Assembly: GCA_965153285.1 (NCBI GenBank) | Contig: OZ229111.1 | Source: Podarcis tiliguerta | Lineage: Eukaryota | Strand: one strand, 5' to 3' | Length of the DNA stretch: 64,000 nucleotides | Shown here: one piece after another, positions 50,913 to 63,786 of the stretch | Layout of the letters: each line of letters begins with the position of its first letter | Position numbering within the stretch: the stretch's first letter is position 1 | Notes under the pieces: model-generated | What the model was told of the DNA's origin: nothing | The model's database searches: none | The model's input: only the letters and a program-made list of their open reading frames with translations | Program-made: the position numbers and the translations under genes

Positions 50913-52913
50913 GGTCTATGCATAAAGGTAAAAAATGAGCATGAAATATCACTACGCCTACCAGCAAAGGAAAGGGCTAATCAACATAAATCAACATATA
51001 TGCACACTATTAGGCATATGCTACCAAAATGGTTCTCTGTTCATCACTAGGTCCCAGCCAATACATGCACAAAAATGCTATTTAATGGTGTAGACCTGTG
51101 GTTTTCAACCTTTATGAGTCCCCAGTTCTCTTAAGCGATTACTCCCCTGTGGGATACCTGGTGAAATCCTGTGTTGTTTTGTAATTTAGCCGTTCTGCCT
51201 ATCATTTTTTTAAGGCTTAAAAATTGAACAGTAGAGCTTTGAAAAGACTTTTTTAAAAAATTAGTCATTCATTGCCCTGCTAAATGTTTTTTGTAAGGTG
51301 GTACCCAGTAAAATAAAACTAAAACAGGATTATTAAACAGCCCCAACTGGCAGCAATTTAGGGCATGAAAATGAAAAGGCACTCTGCACATACTCTGAGA
51401 CATCAGGTGTCCCAAGGGTGGACCACAAATATCAGGAAGGAGAGGCTACCGTATCTAAACAACACACACACACCCCGCCCAAGTAAGGGGCTGTTGCCAT
51501 GGGACAGCACACAGAACCCCCACCCAAGAGGAAACAGGAAGCAGTCCCCATAGCAACCAACCCCTTCCTTATTTGGCTTTGAAGATTACTCAGGAACTCC
51601 GCCTTGCCATGTTCTAACTCCTGACTGGCTTCTTCACTAGCTCAAGCTTCTCACCACGGCTCCCATGCTGAAAACACACGCTTCCAGTATGAAATGGTTA
51701 CTTCTGGTGTGTAATATTGACATAGACAACCACAGGAGGAGGAAAAAGGTAAAGTATCAGTGCTGGTTCCATGGAGAGGCAACTTCCTGGTTCCTTTTAA
51801 TACTACTACAGGAGCTCCTCCCCATCCCCTCACTTCAAATAATGAAGAGATTTATCACAATCAAACAAGTAAAACTTGTAGAGAGGCTTGCAAAAGCTAA
51901 TGCAGTATGAATGAGTCAGAACTAGCAGCAGGAACGCCATACTAGAAACAAGCATATCAATTTCTCTAAGTTTCATAACTGAAAGACTTAAAAAAAAAAA
52001 AAAAGCTTTTGGTGGCTGTTCCAGTCTTATGAGCAAACCTGCATTTTATACAAAGTTCCGTCTTGTCTCCTTTTCATGTTTTGTTTTCATGCTATTATTG
52101 TCATATTGTCATTGATATTCTGGGAGCAGAGACAGAGGGAGACACTGGTCAGATGGTCTTACCTCTGGGCCAATGAAAATCTCTGCCTACTGCTACATAA
52201 ACATTTCTTTCCAACCTTCAGGGGTGACTAGTTTCTTTTTTTGTCCAAAGGCACTATTCAATGATGGCCAACCTCAGTGGACCACCGCAAGCCAGGTACA
52301 CAGGGCCACACTGTAAGCAGACACCCACCTACACACTCCCATATATACAATACACATTGCCGCACTAGCAACATCAATAGCTGAAAGGAATTGCCCCAGC
52401 ACTTGTTTCCATCATGCTCCCTTGCTCTACTGAGAGTACCAACAGCAGTTACGGTGAAAAGCACAGATAGCAGAGCAGTGGTGAGTCTTTCTTCCTCCAG
52501 CTTCCCTGTGGTGGCGCAGAACAGCCTGCTACCATTGAGAGCAGTTTGGAGTGCTCAGAAAAAAGGAAGGAGTATACCAGAGTACTAGTGAAACACTGGA
52601 ATAGATCAGAGTGCCTCTTACTGTTCCCAGAGGGTTCCCGATTGTTCATCATAGTGGCAGATTGTTCTACACCACCATAGCTGAAGCTACCACTGAACAT
52701 ACCACCACCAGTCTATTTCGGCATAGGCTGATGTCTTTTGAAAATGGCTTGGTGAGCCAAATCAGGCCAACTAATTCACTACCTCTGCATTACAAGAACT
52801 ATGAAAAGTAGCCTTTTACTAAATAAAACCACTAAGCAAGACAAATGTTTACAGCATACATCTGCATGCATCACCTAGAAGGGCTTTTTGGAATATAAAA
52901 AGGATTGCACATT

Positions 52914-53120
52914 GCCAGTGTGGTGCAAAGAGCGCTGGATTCATTCTGGGAGATGAGTATTGAAATCCCCCCTCAGCCATGAAATTCAGTGGGTGACCTC
53001 GAACAGGCACAGCCTTTCAGTCCAACTTCTACCTCATGGGGTTGTGTGAGCATAAAATAAGTTGGGGGAAGAACCATGAGCACTACTTTGAGCTCCTTGG
53101 AGGAAAGATGGGATATAAAC
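52914..53120 (+). mobile_element. Older Squam3-type (Squam3A-like) SINE
   Basis: gccagtgtggtg...tgggtgacct...ctttgagctccttggaggaaagatgggatataaa. Confidence 0.7.
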
Positions 53121-53289
53121 TAATTCTTCAGTCATATCTCTAGGATTCCAGAAAAGAGGGCCATTTAAAAGCATGACAAATATCATACATAGGAGAGAAT
53201 GGGACATTAGTACACCTCTCCCCCCCCAAAACCAGAGCTTTGAAGTTCACCCCTACATGGTTATTTCTGAAAAAACAAGGAAGCTAATA

Positions 53290-53513
53290 CAGTGGACGCT
53301 CGGGTTGCGAACGTGATCCGTGTGGGATGCACGTTCGCAATCCACGTCTGCGCAGGTTGCAATTCAGCACTTCTGCACAAAGCGCAATTTAGCGCTTCTG
53401 TGCATGCGTGACCGCTGAAACCCGGAAGTAACCTGTTCCGGTACTTCCAGGTTTTGGCGGTCCGCAACCTGAAAAGACACAACCTGAAGTGGCTGTAACC
53501 CGAGGTATGACTG
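53290..53513. mobile_element. Tc1/mariner (Tigger-like) MITE
   Basis: TA|cagtggacgctcgggttgc...gtaacccgaggtatgactg|TA; inverted copy of the 13466-13704 family. Confidence 0.85.
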
Positions 53514-55860
53514 TATTTGGTGCACATTTATTAGACCACCATATATTAGAAGATTTTAAAATGAAACATTTTTGCACTCAGCCCCAATTTGGAAGTGATG
53601 GGTAAGACACGGGGGTTGGAATCTTTCCCATTAGCCAGTCCATGTCCAGCAACAAACAGCTCTTTCCAACTCCACATTCTGGAGGGAACAGCCTGGATGT
53701 TGATCAATCACCAAGTGCCAGGGAACAGAAGAGACTGCCATGCACTCTCATGTATCTTATATCATACATTTGTTAAGATTTCTAGTGTTCTAAACTGTTT
53801 CCAGAGCCTATTATTAAATTAAATTTGTATACCACCCTAGACCCACAGGTCTCAGCTGAAAAGGGGGGTGGGATTCCAGTACTTCCTAAGGGGTCCAAAA
53901 TCAAGCGCAAAGGAAGCTTGCAGACCGGTTCACTGGAATGACAACATTTTTGTTTCTATAATAAATACAAAGATGCTTGGGACACAGTCTTATCCCAAAA
54001 TGTTTAGCCTACTCCCACATTAGTGAGAATTCTGTTACAGAGAAAGCTGTAATACACAAAATCCAAGACCTTAGTACATGGAAGTCTGAGTCTTTCTTAG
54101 GTCTTGCAGTCAAAACCTGGACGTGACCCCAACATTCTAGCACAGAGCAAGCCAAATTGTAGAGGTGATATAACTTTTGTTGCCTCTTCATTCAGACTAT
54201 GTCTTATATGGGGGGGGGGGGGGACATCCAAAAATGGATAGCTGAGATGCACTTTTGCTTCCAGAATGCAAGTACTTAGCTCAAGTACATCTACAGGGCA
54301 GTGATGCTTAGCTAGAGTCAACACCTCAGCTGAAACTGAATACAGGAAAACCTGGATATTTCCGTCTTTTAAATGTATTCTGCTACACTCCCTTCATATT
54401 CTGATTTGTGGATATTACTACCAAGTGTTTGTTTTCCTATCTACGACAGTCCAGCTGATTAATTTGGCTTTCCAGCAAATTCTGCTTTGTAAACAGATTG
54501 TTTCTACTGTGATGAGCATTTGTCGCCTGCAGAAGAAAAGCAAATTAGTCTGCTCAAGTGGTAACCAACACTTCTGTCCTTCTGCCATTAGAAAAATAGC
54601 CTTATAAGCAAAAAGAACCAAGGCCTACACAGCAAGCAGGTTAATTTGCTTTTAGCATTTAATTTAGGGTACTAACTACAAAGTGGATCGGGGTATGTGT
54701 AGCTCCTACAGAACTAGAGGTAACTGACAGTTTTAATTTGAGTGATAGAACCTTTCTCTTCAGAATCAATATGCCTCTGAATATCCAACGCTGAGGATAA
54801 ATAGGAAAGGGGTAGTCTTCATGTTCTGATTCTAAGTATGCCATAGGCACATGGCTGGCTGTTGCGAGGGGGGGGGGGAATAAACCAATTCTTATGAGAC
54901 CTTTTAGAGGATCGAGTTTCCAAGAAGAATTCTTGACTTTTTTTAATCTCTTTATAACTTGGCAAACACTGGAAGTTTTTAAAATACACACATGAATATT
55001 TAACATCCAAGTTGCCCCTTTTCTATATATCTTCTGTAACTTGTCTTGAAGTAATTAAAGCAAATACTATTATGTTGTGCACACCAAGCACTAATTGTTA
55101 AAGGTTATCAACAGTACATGGGAATGTGTTTGCAGATTGTTTTATCTGTTCTTTTGAGAAAAGCTGCATGTTTGCAAATACATTACAAATGAGATTTGTA
55201 ACAAGTTATGAGCTACCATGTAGTGCCTTTACAGGTTTAGCTAAAACAGTTCACAGCTACTGAAGAGTTGTTGGTATCTGAATGTGTGTATTACCGCTCA
55301 CAGAAATAGAATGTGAAGTTAGTAACACACTGGGAGGTTCTGTGCTGAGAACAGTGTGATAAAATAGAGCAGCATAAAGTACTTTGGCATAATATGAAAC
55401 CAGGAGGTAGAAGAAAACAGCTGGACAAATTTATCTTCTTCGAATCTAAATTTTTCTATTCTAAATGCAAGCCAACATACAAAATCACATTCTCCCCCCC
55501 CCCCCAATATACAGTTTAATACAGTATTTCATGGGGGGGGGGGTGGAGTTTTTTAGTCTTTATTTCTGAACCAGGTTTTCCAACATACAATGGTCAAAAT
55601 GCATGGTTGCTACTCAACTATTTTATGCTGTGAACCTCCCCGAGATCTATGGATGGAGAGTGGTATACAAATTTAATAAATAAAATATCAAGGGGCTATT
55701 GCCTCGTCTGCCCTAGTCCTAGTGAAAAAAATGAGAACACTTCTGACATCATTATTATTAAACCCATATAAATTCTCTCATGTAACTCTCACCTTTATTT
55801 AAATTTGGTGCAGCAGTAGTCAGTCGTAAAATTGTTTTACAGGCCAGATTTTACCCAGTA

Positions 55861-56063
55861 CAGTGGTACCTCGGGTTACATACGCTTCAGGTTACATACT
55901 CCGCTAACCCAGAAATAGTACCTCAGGTTAAGAACTTTGCTTCAGAATGAGAACAGAAATAGTGCTCTGGCGGTGCAGGGGCAGCAGGAGGCCCCATTAG
56001 CTAAAGTGGTGCTTCAGGTCAAGAATGGACCTCCGGAATGAATTAAGTACTTAGGTACCACTG
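55861..56063. mobile_element. Tc1/mariner (Tigger-like) MITE
   Basis: TA|cagtggtacct...aggtaccactg|TA. Confidence 0.85.
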
Positions 56064-56300
56064 TACTAATAATCCCTAACCCCTTACCCAGGGTTACAGA
56101 GGATATTAGGTTCCACATTAAGTGTATTTCTTAGATCAAACTAGGCTGACTAGCAGGGAGAGATTTCATTCAAGTTTGCACTCCACTGAACTAGCAAGTC
56201 ATCAATATTTTAAATCCATGGTTCACTAACTGTGACCCGAGCCTCCATAAATAACAATAAACAGTTGTTAAGGGAGGTACAGTTCAGCTGTATTTGTGGC

Positions 56301-56627
56301 CAGCATTTGAAATTCACCATTCGCCAGGTACATTTTGCACCTGACTATTGGCCACTTGTGACTAAGTTGCCTCAGGTTCTCCACGATCTGGAGGTGCATA
56401 CCTGGGGATCGTTGGATCAGGACTCTTTTTACACACTAGCAATGCATCTTGTACAATTCTATCCATTGTATTTTATCTTCACATTCAGAATGAATTTCAG
56501 GAACCAAAAAGTCATATTGAAAAATGATTTCTGTCTGGCACAAAAATGGCAACTACACATTGCATTTTGGCGACCGTAAACCTGGTTTAGGAAGCCATTT
56601 GGCACCGAGCTTATATATCTGAGTTTC
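56301..56627. mobile_element. hAT-type MITE, second copy of 28254-28603 (right end truncated)
   Basis: Long colinear similarity (cattttgcacctg...gaatgaatttcagga...gcttatatatct). Confidence 0.8.
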
Positions 56628-58526
56628 TTTTTAAAAAGGGGGGAGAGATACAGGTAATCTATTTTAAGATGGGGCTTCATGCTTGAGGTGCCACAGAGGG
56701 CCTCCAAAATGCAAATTCCAAGCTACTGTTCTTCCTTCCAGCTTTGGAGCCTGCAGCACCAGTCTTGAAGGAGAGCAGCAGCCCTTAGAACTACATCACA
56801 GGAGATTAGAAGAGTGCCAATAGCAGCTGCCCCTTGATGTCTCCTAAGAGGGAGGGCAAGAAGGGAAAATTAGTTTGAGTGTGAACAGTGGGGCAGCAAT
56901 GTAGGAAGGCAATGGAGTCAGACTCACGCACTGTATGTCCCTTTACATACAAATCAGCTTTTAGTTATTTTAGGACACCACACCCACCAGTTAACTTAAC
57001 TCCATACCAAATAAAGGCAGTGAATCGTGTTTAAGGCAACACCTAAAACTCTCTTAACATATATAGGAAATTTCTGTCATTTTCAGTTCAACATAACTGC
57101 AACATAAGTAATTGTTGCTACTTCTGCCAATATAATACCCCAATACTTCCCCCCTTAGTATTGTATGAACTGCAATAAGTTACTACACTAAAGCAACCTG
57201 ATAACTTTCATGTGCATGTTATCCATTTGAAGTTCAAGGCCTCTATAGTTTAGAGCATTCCTTACCCTCCCTTTGCAGTTCACCTTTGTCCTCTTTCTGC
57301 TTTCACATGGCACATTGCAAAATTATCACTTCCTTCTTCACACCAGACAGGACTTTTGCCCTTATCTTCTTTGACTACCCAATTCCAGTAAAAAAAACAA
57401 CAACCCCACATTCACGCAACTGTTGCCAGTAATCTATATTAAGTACAAGCCGGTCTTAAGACTTAATTTTAACTTCAATTATTTTATGTTGCACATTTCC
57501 CTGCCCACACAATTATTTCCAGAATATGTGTCCTGGGAGCCCTGGTACTCTGCATAAGTAGTTCAGCACTAAAATAGCTTAAATTCTAGTTTTGAGAATG
57601 CCCACTAGAAAATATGCAGCAACAAAATGTGCAAAACCGTCCCCAAGTCATCAATCCATTCAAACGTCACCATACATGACTTATACTCCATTTTATTACA
57701 CTGGCCTGTGCCAAATCCACTCCTATGCCCCATGTTCTTTCCTCATGTGAAAAAGCGCCACAAAATAAGTCACAAAGTCACGCATACTCTTTAAACCCAA
57801 CAGGGGGCAGGGAGGGTTCCTGCGGTGAGGCCTCTCCCACAACCGCCACATTTCTCCCTTCTTCCTTTTCTGAAATTCAAGAATACGCGACGTGAGAAAC
57901 TGTGGGCTCCTTCGACGCCCCGTGTCCCCAGCCCAGTCGGAGGAGGCGCCCCCCCCAAAAAAACTCCAAAGCATGACCGCGCAGACCTACCAAGTGATTA
58001 GTCATACCGCGCATGTGCTACTCGCGAGCAGGTCTCACGGCGCTGCCACAGCATGACCTAACGGGGAAGGCCCGACTTCCCCACTCGCGGTGCGTCTGCG
58101 ACAACTCTCCTTCCTCTGCACCCCCCCCCCAAAAAAAAGATAGAAAATCCCAGCAAGCCAGGCCTGGCTGCTCCTGGCAGGACCTTGCCCCCCCCAAAAA
58201 GACTCAACAGCCCAGAACTTGCGGACCCCCCGCACCAATACCCACCCCACAACCTGGCCAGACACTTTAGGCCTTACTGGCCCCCTCCCCCGTCACTCTC
58301 ATCTCCCCTCTTGTAAGCCCCACGGCCTACTCCCCCCCCTACATGTAATGGTACAACCCACCCCTCACCGCCCGCCCTGGGGTCAACGTGCCCCCCGCCA
58401 TAGTCCCGGCATTCTCTCCGCGGGCGAGTGAGGGGCTGCCCACCAAAAGGCTTTTTCTATTCCACCCTGTCGGATTCGAGGGATGGTTTCATTTTTTGAG
58501 GGGGGGGGACAGACTGGAACGCTCAC

Positions 58527-58740
58527 CTCTCGGCGCACCCCACCCGCCGAAGCACTCGGTTGTAGTAGCCCCAGCGGCTCCTGTCACGTGCCCCTCAGGA
58601 GAGTGAGTGAGAGAGAGAAAGAGAGAGAGTCGGCGCCGCCAGCCGCCCACCCACTCCGCCGCCTCTCTTCCCAGCCCGAGCTCCGCCTCCGACGCTCGGG
58701 TGCTTCCCTACCCCATTGATTCCGGCGGGTACTAACTTCC
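58527..58740 (-). other. CANX: CANX non-coding exon 1 (5' end approximate)
   Basis: Strong donor GAG|gtgagc at 58526 inside the CpG island, downstream of CCAAT boxes; TSS inferred. Confidence 0.65.
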
Positions 58741-58834
58741 CGCCCTTGGATTCACGCCTGGATCCGATTGGCCGGGAAGGCATGTCACTTACCGAGGCTC
58801 TCGCCTTCAGCCACGTCCCTACGGCGCTGCCCTT

Positions 58835-58853
58835 CGTGGAGCGTCCCCATTGG
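58835..58853 (-). promoter_or_regulatory. CANX: ER stress response element (ERSE, CCAAT-N9-CCACG)
   Basis: + strand reads CGTGG-agcgtcccc-ATTGG, an exact reverse-complement match to the ERSE consensus, upstream of an ER chaperone gene. Confidence 0.85.
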
Positions 58854-59187
58854 CTCCCCCGTCTCGGCACGAAGACCCCGCGGATTGGGCGGCAGAGGCG
58901 GGGAAGGCGGGTATTTAGCGTAAATCGGATCCCGATTCATTCTTTAAAGAGACAGCGGGCTTGCTTAGAGGGAAGCGCTTTTTGCGTTCGGGGCGGAATG
59001 TAGTCTCGCGCGTAGTCCCGAGAGGTCCGAAGCGAGGCGTAGTTTGGGGCGCATTTTTAAAACGGGCACCGAGCGTTTCCGTAGGCAGTGACAGGGAGGT
59101 GTTCTCTGAATGAAGTGGAAAGACTGTGAGGGAGGGAGGCAGCAGTGGTCTGTATTTCTACACCTGTTCAGCCTGCAGCATGTAAGG

Positions 59188-59322
59188 CAGGCATAGGCAA
59201 ACTCCGGCCCGCCAGATGTTTGGGACTACAATTCCCATCATCCCTGACCACTGGTCCTGTTAGCTAGGAATGATGGGAATTGTAGTCGCAAAACCTGGAG
59301 GGCCGAAGTTTGCCTATGCCTG
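59188..59322. mobile_element. Palindromic hAT-type MITE
   Basis: TIRs caggcataggcaaact / agtttgcctatgcctg, near-complete hairpin, perfect 8-bp TSD atgtaagg. Confidence 0.92.
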
Positions 59323-59330
59323 ATGTAAGG

Positions 59331-59670
59331 CCTCGCTCATGCGCTATAGGACGGAACCGGCATTACTCCAGGTGCCACAAAATACCCGCATTTGTAAGAA
59401 CTCTGACCTTTGGCAGCGCCTGCACTTTAGAACTCCCTGCCTATTGAGCTCAAGCAGGCACCTTCGCTGCACTATTTTTTGGTGCCTGCTAAAAACATTC
59501 TTGTTTAGACAAGCCTACCCAGATGCATAAAAAGTTGAGGTAATTTTAATTGCATTAGTATTAAAGGAGATGTGTCAATTTTTTTCTTGATTGTACTGCT
59601 TTATCTTTTGAGAACTGCTTTGAGGGTCCCCCCCCCACAATCAAGCGGAGTATAAATCTTACATAAATAA
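59331..59670 (+). mobile_element. L2 LINE 3' tail fragment
   Basis: aactccctgcct...ctgctaaaaacattcttgtttagacaagccta...aactgctttgagg...aaataaa. Confidence 0.6.
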
Positions 59671-60670
59671 ATCCATATAATGGTGTACGAAAAGCACACA
59701 TACAAAATTATTGTGTACCTTTGGGGCAGTTTTATCCACCACCTGTCTTTTAATTATTTGTTTTTTATATTTTATTTTCATAAACGAACAAGCATCTAAC
59801 AGTATTAATGCATAGGTTTCATGGATTACTAAGAATGATGCTTCTGTTGAACTGGACTCTAGCCCAAGAAACCTTATTCCATAATAAACTGGTTAATCTT
59901 TAAGCATATATATAGATATGGCTCCAAGGAAAGTTACTAGTATAGCTTTACAATTTTTCTGTTTGGTATCTGCTCATTTTTGAAGGAAAGATACCAGTAA
60001 GTCAAACAATCCATTTCAAGTGGGCAAACCAAGGAGAGCTCTCTTTGGGATACCTGAATACCCCACCTTCACGCCAGATGGCACTGTTCACAAAGGCACT
60101 GTCTTTGAACACTGTACATTGAACCAGTCCTTGAACCAAGTATTATTGGCACAATTGAACTTTCTTGTTTTGTAATTTGGGTGTATCCAGATTTGGCATA
60201 ATAAGCTGATAATCACATGAGGAGCTAGTTTAAGAAACAGTGTCTTACCTGCTCTTCTTGTTTAGCACCCACATTGGTTTTTTTAATGCGCTTCAGACAA
60301 ATCAGATTTTCTTAACTGAAGTACTGTATCCTGCTGTTTGTGTCAAAACTAAAACACAGACTACGCACGTCACCCAGCTTCCTATTGGAATTTTTATTGG
60401 AAGCTTTGTTAGGGGCAAAAACATAATGTCTCTGATTTTAAGTCCAAAAAAGCAGGAGCTTTCTGAAGCCGGTCTAGTTCTAGACTTGGACTGGGTAGGA
60501 GGTCTTGGATTATGGAATTTGTGCTGGAAAACCAAATGCAGCTGCTGACAGAAAGTGGATAATAATTTAAATCACAGCATTTTTAAAGCACTTTTAATAA
60601 GCCTGAGGCTCAAACAACTTATGGTTTGTTATACAAATCTATTTAATATGGGGCTTATTAAATAAATAAA

Positions 60671-61025
60671 GGGACATGGGTGGCGCTGTGGTCTAAACCA
60701 CAGAGCCTAGGACTTGCCGATCAGAAGGTCGGCAGTTCGAATCCCTGCGACGGGGTGAGCCCCCGTTGCTCGGTCCCTGCTCCTGCCAACCTAGCAGTTT
60801 GAAAGCACATCAAAGTGCAAGTAGATAAATAGGTACCGCTCCGGCGGGCAGGTTAGTGGCATTTCCATGCGCTGCTCTGGTTCGCCAGAAGCGGCTTAGT
60901 CATGCTGGCCACATGACCCAGAAGCTGTGGACAAACACCGGCTCCCTCGGCCTGTAAAGCGAGATGAGTGCCGCAACCCCAGAGTCGTCTGCGACTGGAC
61001 TTAACAGTCAGGGGTCCCTTTACCT
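60671..61025 (+). mobile_element. Sauria SINE (Squam1)
   Basis: gggacatgggtggcgctgtgg, B box gttcgaatcc, tail ggggtccctttacct, flanked by aaataaata repeats. Confidence 0.9.
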
Positions 61026-62109
61026 AAATAAATACTGTGCCTTATCTATAATAACCAATATTATTCAACCATTTCAATAGTCCTGCAATGGCAAAGTAGT
61101 TACTACAATTTTTTCTTCGGGGGTGGGGGATCTTTTAGAATACTGTGATAAGGATAAGGTAGGTAGCAGCAGGCATACTGATTCAGTGTGCTCAGTATGT
61201 GTGCAAGATATATGAGACCTTTGCCAATTCTCATGGTGGTCGCTATTAGATCAAAACACAGACGCAAAGATTAAAGGCATTAGGAATATGTGGTGTAGTC
61301 AAAACAAGGAGTTACCTAGAACTTGTTTTGCAAAACCTTGAATAAATATGAACGTTTATTGTGTAATGTTTAGCTAAACATTGTGCAACCAACCATGGGC
61401 GTATCCAAGATTTTTGCGGGTGGGCACAGCTTGAGAATACTCACATGGCCCATCAACAGGCATTCAAACCCTATACTTCTCATGCTAATACTTGCCACTG
61501 GTACTAACGTATGTTTGTTCGGATTAAATCTGCAGGCTTCAATTAATCAACCAAAGCTTTGAATGGATGATGTTTATTGAATATTTTATAAACAAATACA
61601 TAGCTTAGCAGGTCTTGAGTAAATCTAGCAGAGTTGAAGTAGATAAAGAGTTTTTAATAGATAACAAATTGGATGATTTAAAAGATGTGGATTATGCAGA
61701 GTAGTAGAAAAGCAAAGGAACCAGGAAAAGGGTAGAAGGGAAGTCATATGGTATATGTATATATGCTGTATTTGGTACGAAGTTGTAAGTGGGATGGGGG
61801 AGGCGGAGGGGGGTTAAGTATGCTCTCTGTTTCTGTTTTTGAAAATGCAAACAAACAAACAAAAAACAGACATTCAAACCTAATCGCTCTCATGCGAATA
61901 CTTGTCGCTGGTATACTAATGTGCGGATTAAATCTGCAGCCTTTAATTAAACAACCAAAACTTTAAGCACAGATTCAAGCCTGCTTGATTATTAGGTGCG
62001 GCTGAAAACAAGCAAAACTTAAGCCATTTTACATACCTGAAGGACTTGCCATTCTACAGGCTGTACAGATATCCTAGACTGAAGCTCCCTGCATCTCAAC
62101 TAATCCTGA

Positions 62110-62269
62110 GGGGATAGCTTCTTTGGTAGATCATGAGACTGTTGATCTCAGGGTCCTGGGTTCCGCATTGGGCAAAAAGATTCCTGTATTGCAGGGGATT
62201 GAACTGGATGACCCTAGTGGCCCCTTCTAATTGTCCCTGTCTTGTGGACCCTACAATTCTATTATTCTA
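62110..62269 (+). mobile_element. Squam2/POM-like SINE
   Basis: tRNA-like head and CR1-like tail gaactggatgaccc...ctacaattctattattcta. Confidence 0.65.
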
Positions 62270-63431
62270 ATGTGTTTAAGACCTTCTCGGTAGAAAAATG
62301 CCAGGTATCATATTTTTTAAAAATATAAGTTCATGTATGCACAATTCATATGTACCTATATACATTCCTTCATTTTAGACATTTTTCCTTCCTATTGTTT
62401 TCTTATACTAACGTGTATACTGTATTAAAAATCCATTTAATAAACTTTTAAAGAGATAATTAGTGAACAGCCCCAACGTATAGGAGTCATGTGAGTCATC
62501 TCTTACTTTAGCAGTCCTTTAGGCATTAAACATTAAATATTATGTAAACAAAATAATTTTAACAAAAATGTATATTTTAATTCACCCCACATCATGAAAC
62601 TTTTGGTCCCCCCCCCCAAAAAAAAACAATACTCCCTATGGGATTGTATCCATCTAAGCCATACTCAGAACAGAGCCACTCAAATCGATGGAGTTATGGA
62701 GTCCATTGATTTTAATGGATCTACTTTTAGTATGATTTAGCTGATTACAGCCTATCTCTTTTAAGTTTCAGCTTTAACGGGCAAAATGTGTGTGTTTGCC
62801 TCCAGAGTCACTATACTTTTATAAGCACAAAGCAGGTAATATATTCACAAATTAACATTTAGTAAGCATCCAGTTTACAGACAGTAGCAATTTACACTCT
62901 ACTATCAAGAGTGTTGAAGGCCTAATGAAATATCCTGAATCCTAGAGGTGTAATTTCAAAAGAATACAGGTCAGTATCTTGGATGCAGTGCATCTCATAC
63001 TGAGCATCAATGTATTTCCCAGCATGTGAACAAATAGCCTGCCACAAGTGTGTGAAAAAAGCCTGCCGTGAAACCCCAAAGTAGCAATGGAAATGAGTCT
63101 ACTTGAAGCTACTCTTTGTGATGCAGATGTGTTACACAGGTTGCCATAGTAGCTGCATCCATAACAAAAGGGAGCCAGCTGCAGGGCAGAAGTAGGTCAG
63201 ACTGGTCTAAATAATACTCACTTTGATCAGAAAAAGCACATCCAGATCAGTGAGGGAAAGAAGAGGAGAAATGGGAAGGCTAGAGACAAGAGTTAAGGAT
63301 GGAAACCTATGATGTTAAAAAAGAGAGAGAGAAAGAGAAAAGATTCCTTGTTCTTTTCAGGCCAAGAAACAAATTCAGAGGCAACCTTTTAACTGGACAT
63401 TTATATTAAGTTTGTCTTAAGACAGATCTAA

Positions 63432-63786
63432 GGGACGCGGGTGGCACTGTGGGTAAAAGCCTCAGCGCCCATGGCTTGCCGATCACATGGTCGGCGGTTC
63501 GAATCCCCGCGGCGGGGTGCGCTCCCATCGTTCGGTCCCAGCGCCTGCCAACCTAGCAGTTCGAAAGCACCCCTGGGTGCAAGTAGATAAATAAGTACCG
63601 CTTTATAGCAGGATGGTAAACGGTGTTCCGTGTGCTGCGCTGGCTCGCCAGATGCAGCTTGTCATGCTGGCCACGTGACCCGGAAGTGTCTGCGGCCAGC
63701 GCTGGCTCCCGGTCTATAGAGTGAGATGAGCGCACAACCCTAGAGTCTGGCAAGACTGGCCCGTACGGGCAGGGGTACCTTTACCT
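63432..63786 (+). mobile_element. Sauria SINE (Squam1), young
   Basis: Full length, CpG-rich, with a perfect 15-bp TSD ttaagacagatctaa (63417-63431 and 63787-63801). Confidence 0.93.

Larger units (their letters stand above)
57780..59090 (-). promoter_or_regulatory. CANX: CANX CpG island / promoter
   Basis: CpG-dense; minus-strand CCAAT boxes at 58767-58771, 58849-58853 and 58884-58888; GC boxes; ACTACATTCC (ZNF143-like) near 58995-59004. Confidence 0.85.

Noticed and set aside
52250-52830. Possible C/D box scaRNA in CANX intron 1 (ATGATGA box, CTGA, GU-rich tract, 10-13 nt complementarity to U5 loop 1)
   Set aside because: The guide-to-D-box spacing does not point to a known U5 methylation site, the 13-mer has no adjacent D box, no terminal stem is evident, and matches this short are expected by chance.
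60020-60550. CBY3 remnant (QGELSLGY) or an AG/GT-bounded 296-nt minus-strand exon (60249-60544) upstream of CANX
   Set aside because: The similarity is limited to a few residues without the other Chibby motifs, the frames I read across the putative exon hit stops, and there is no supporting evidence.
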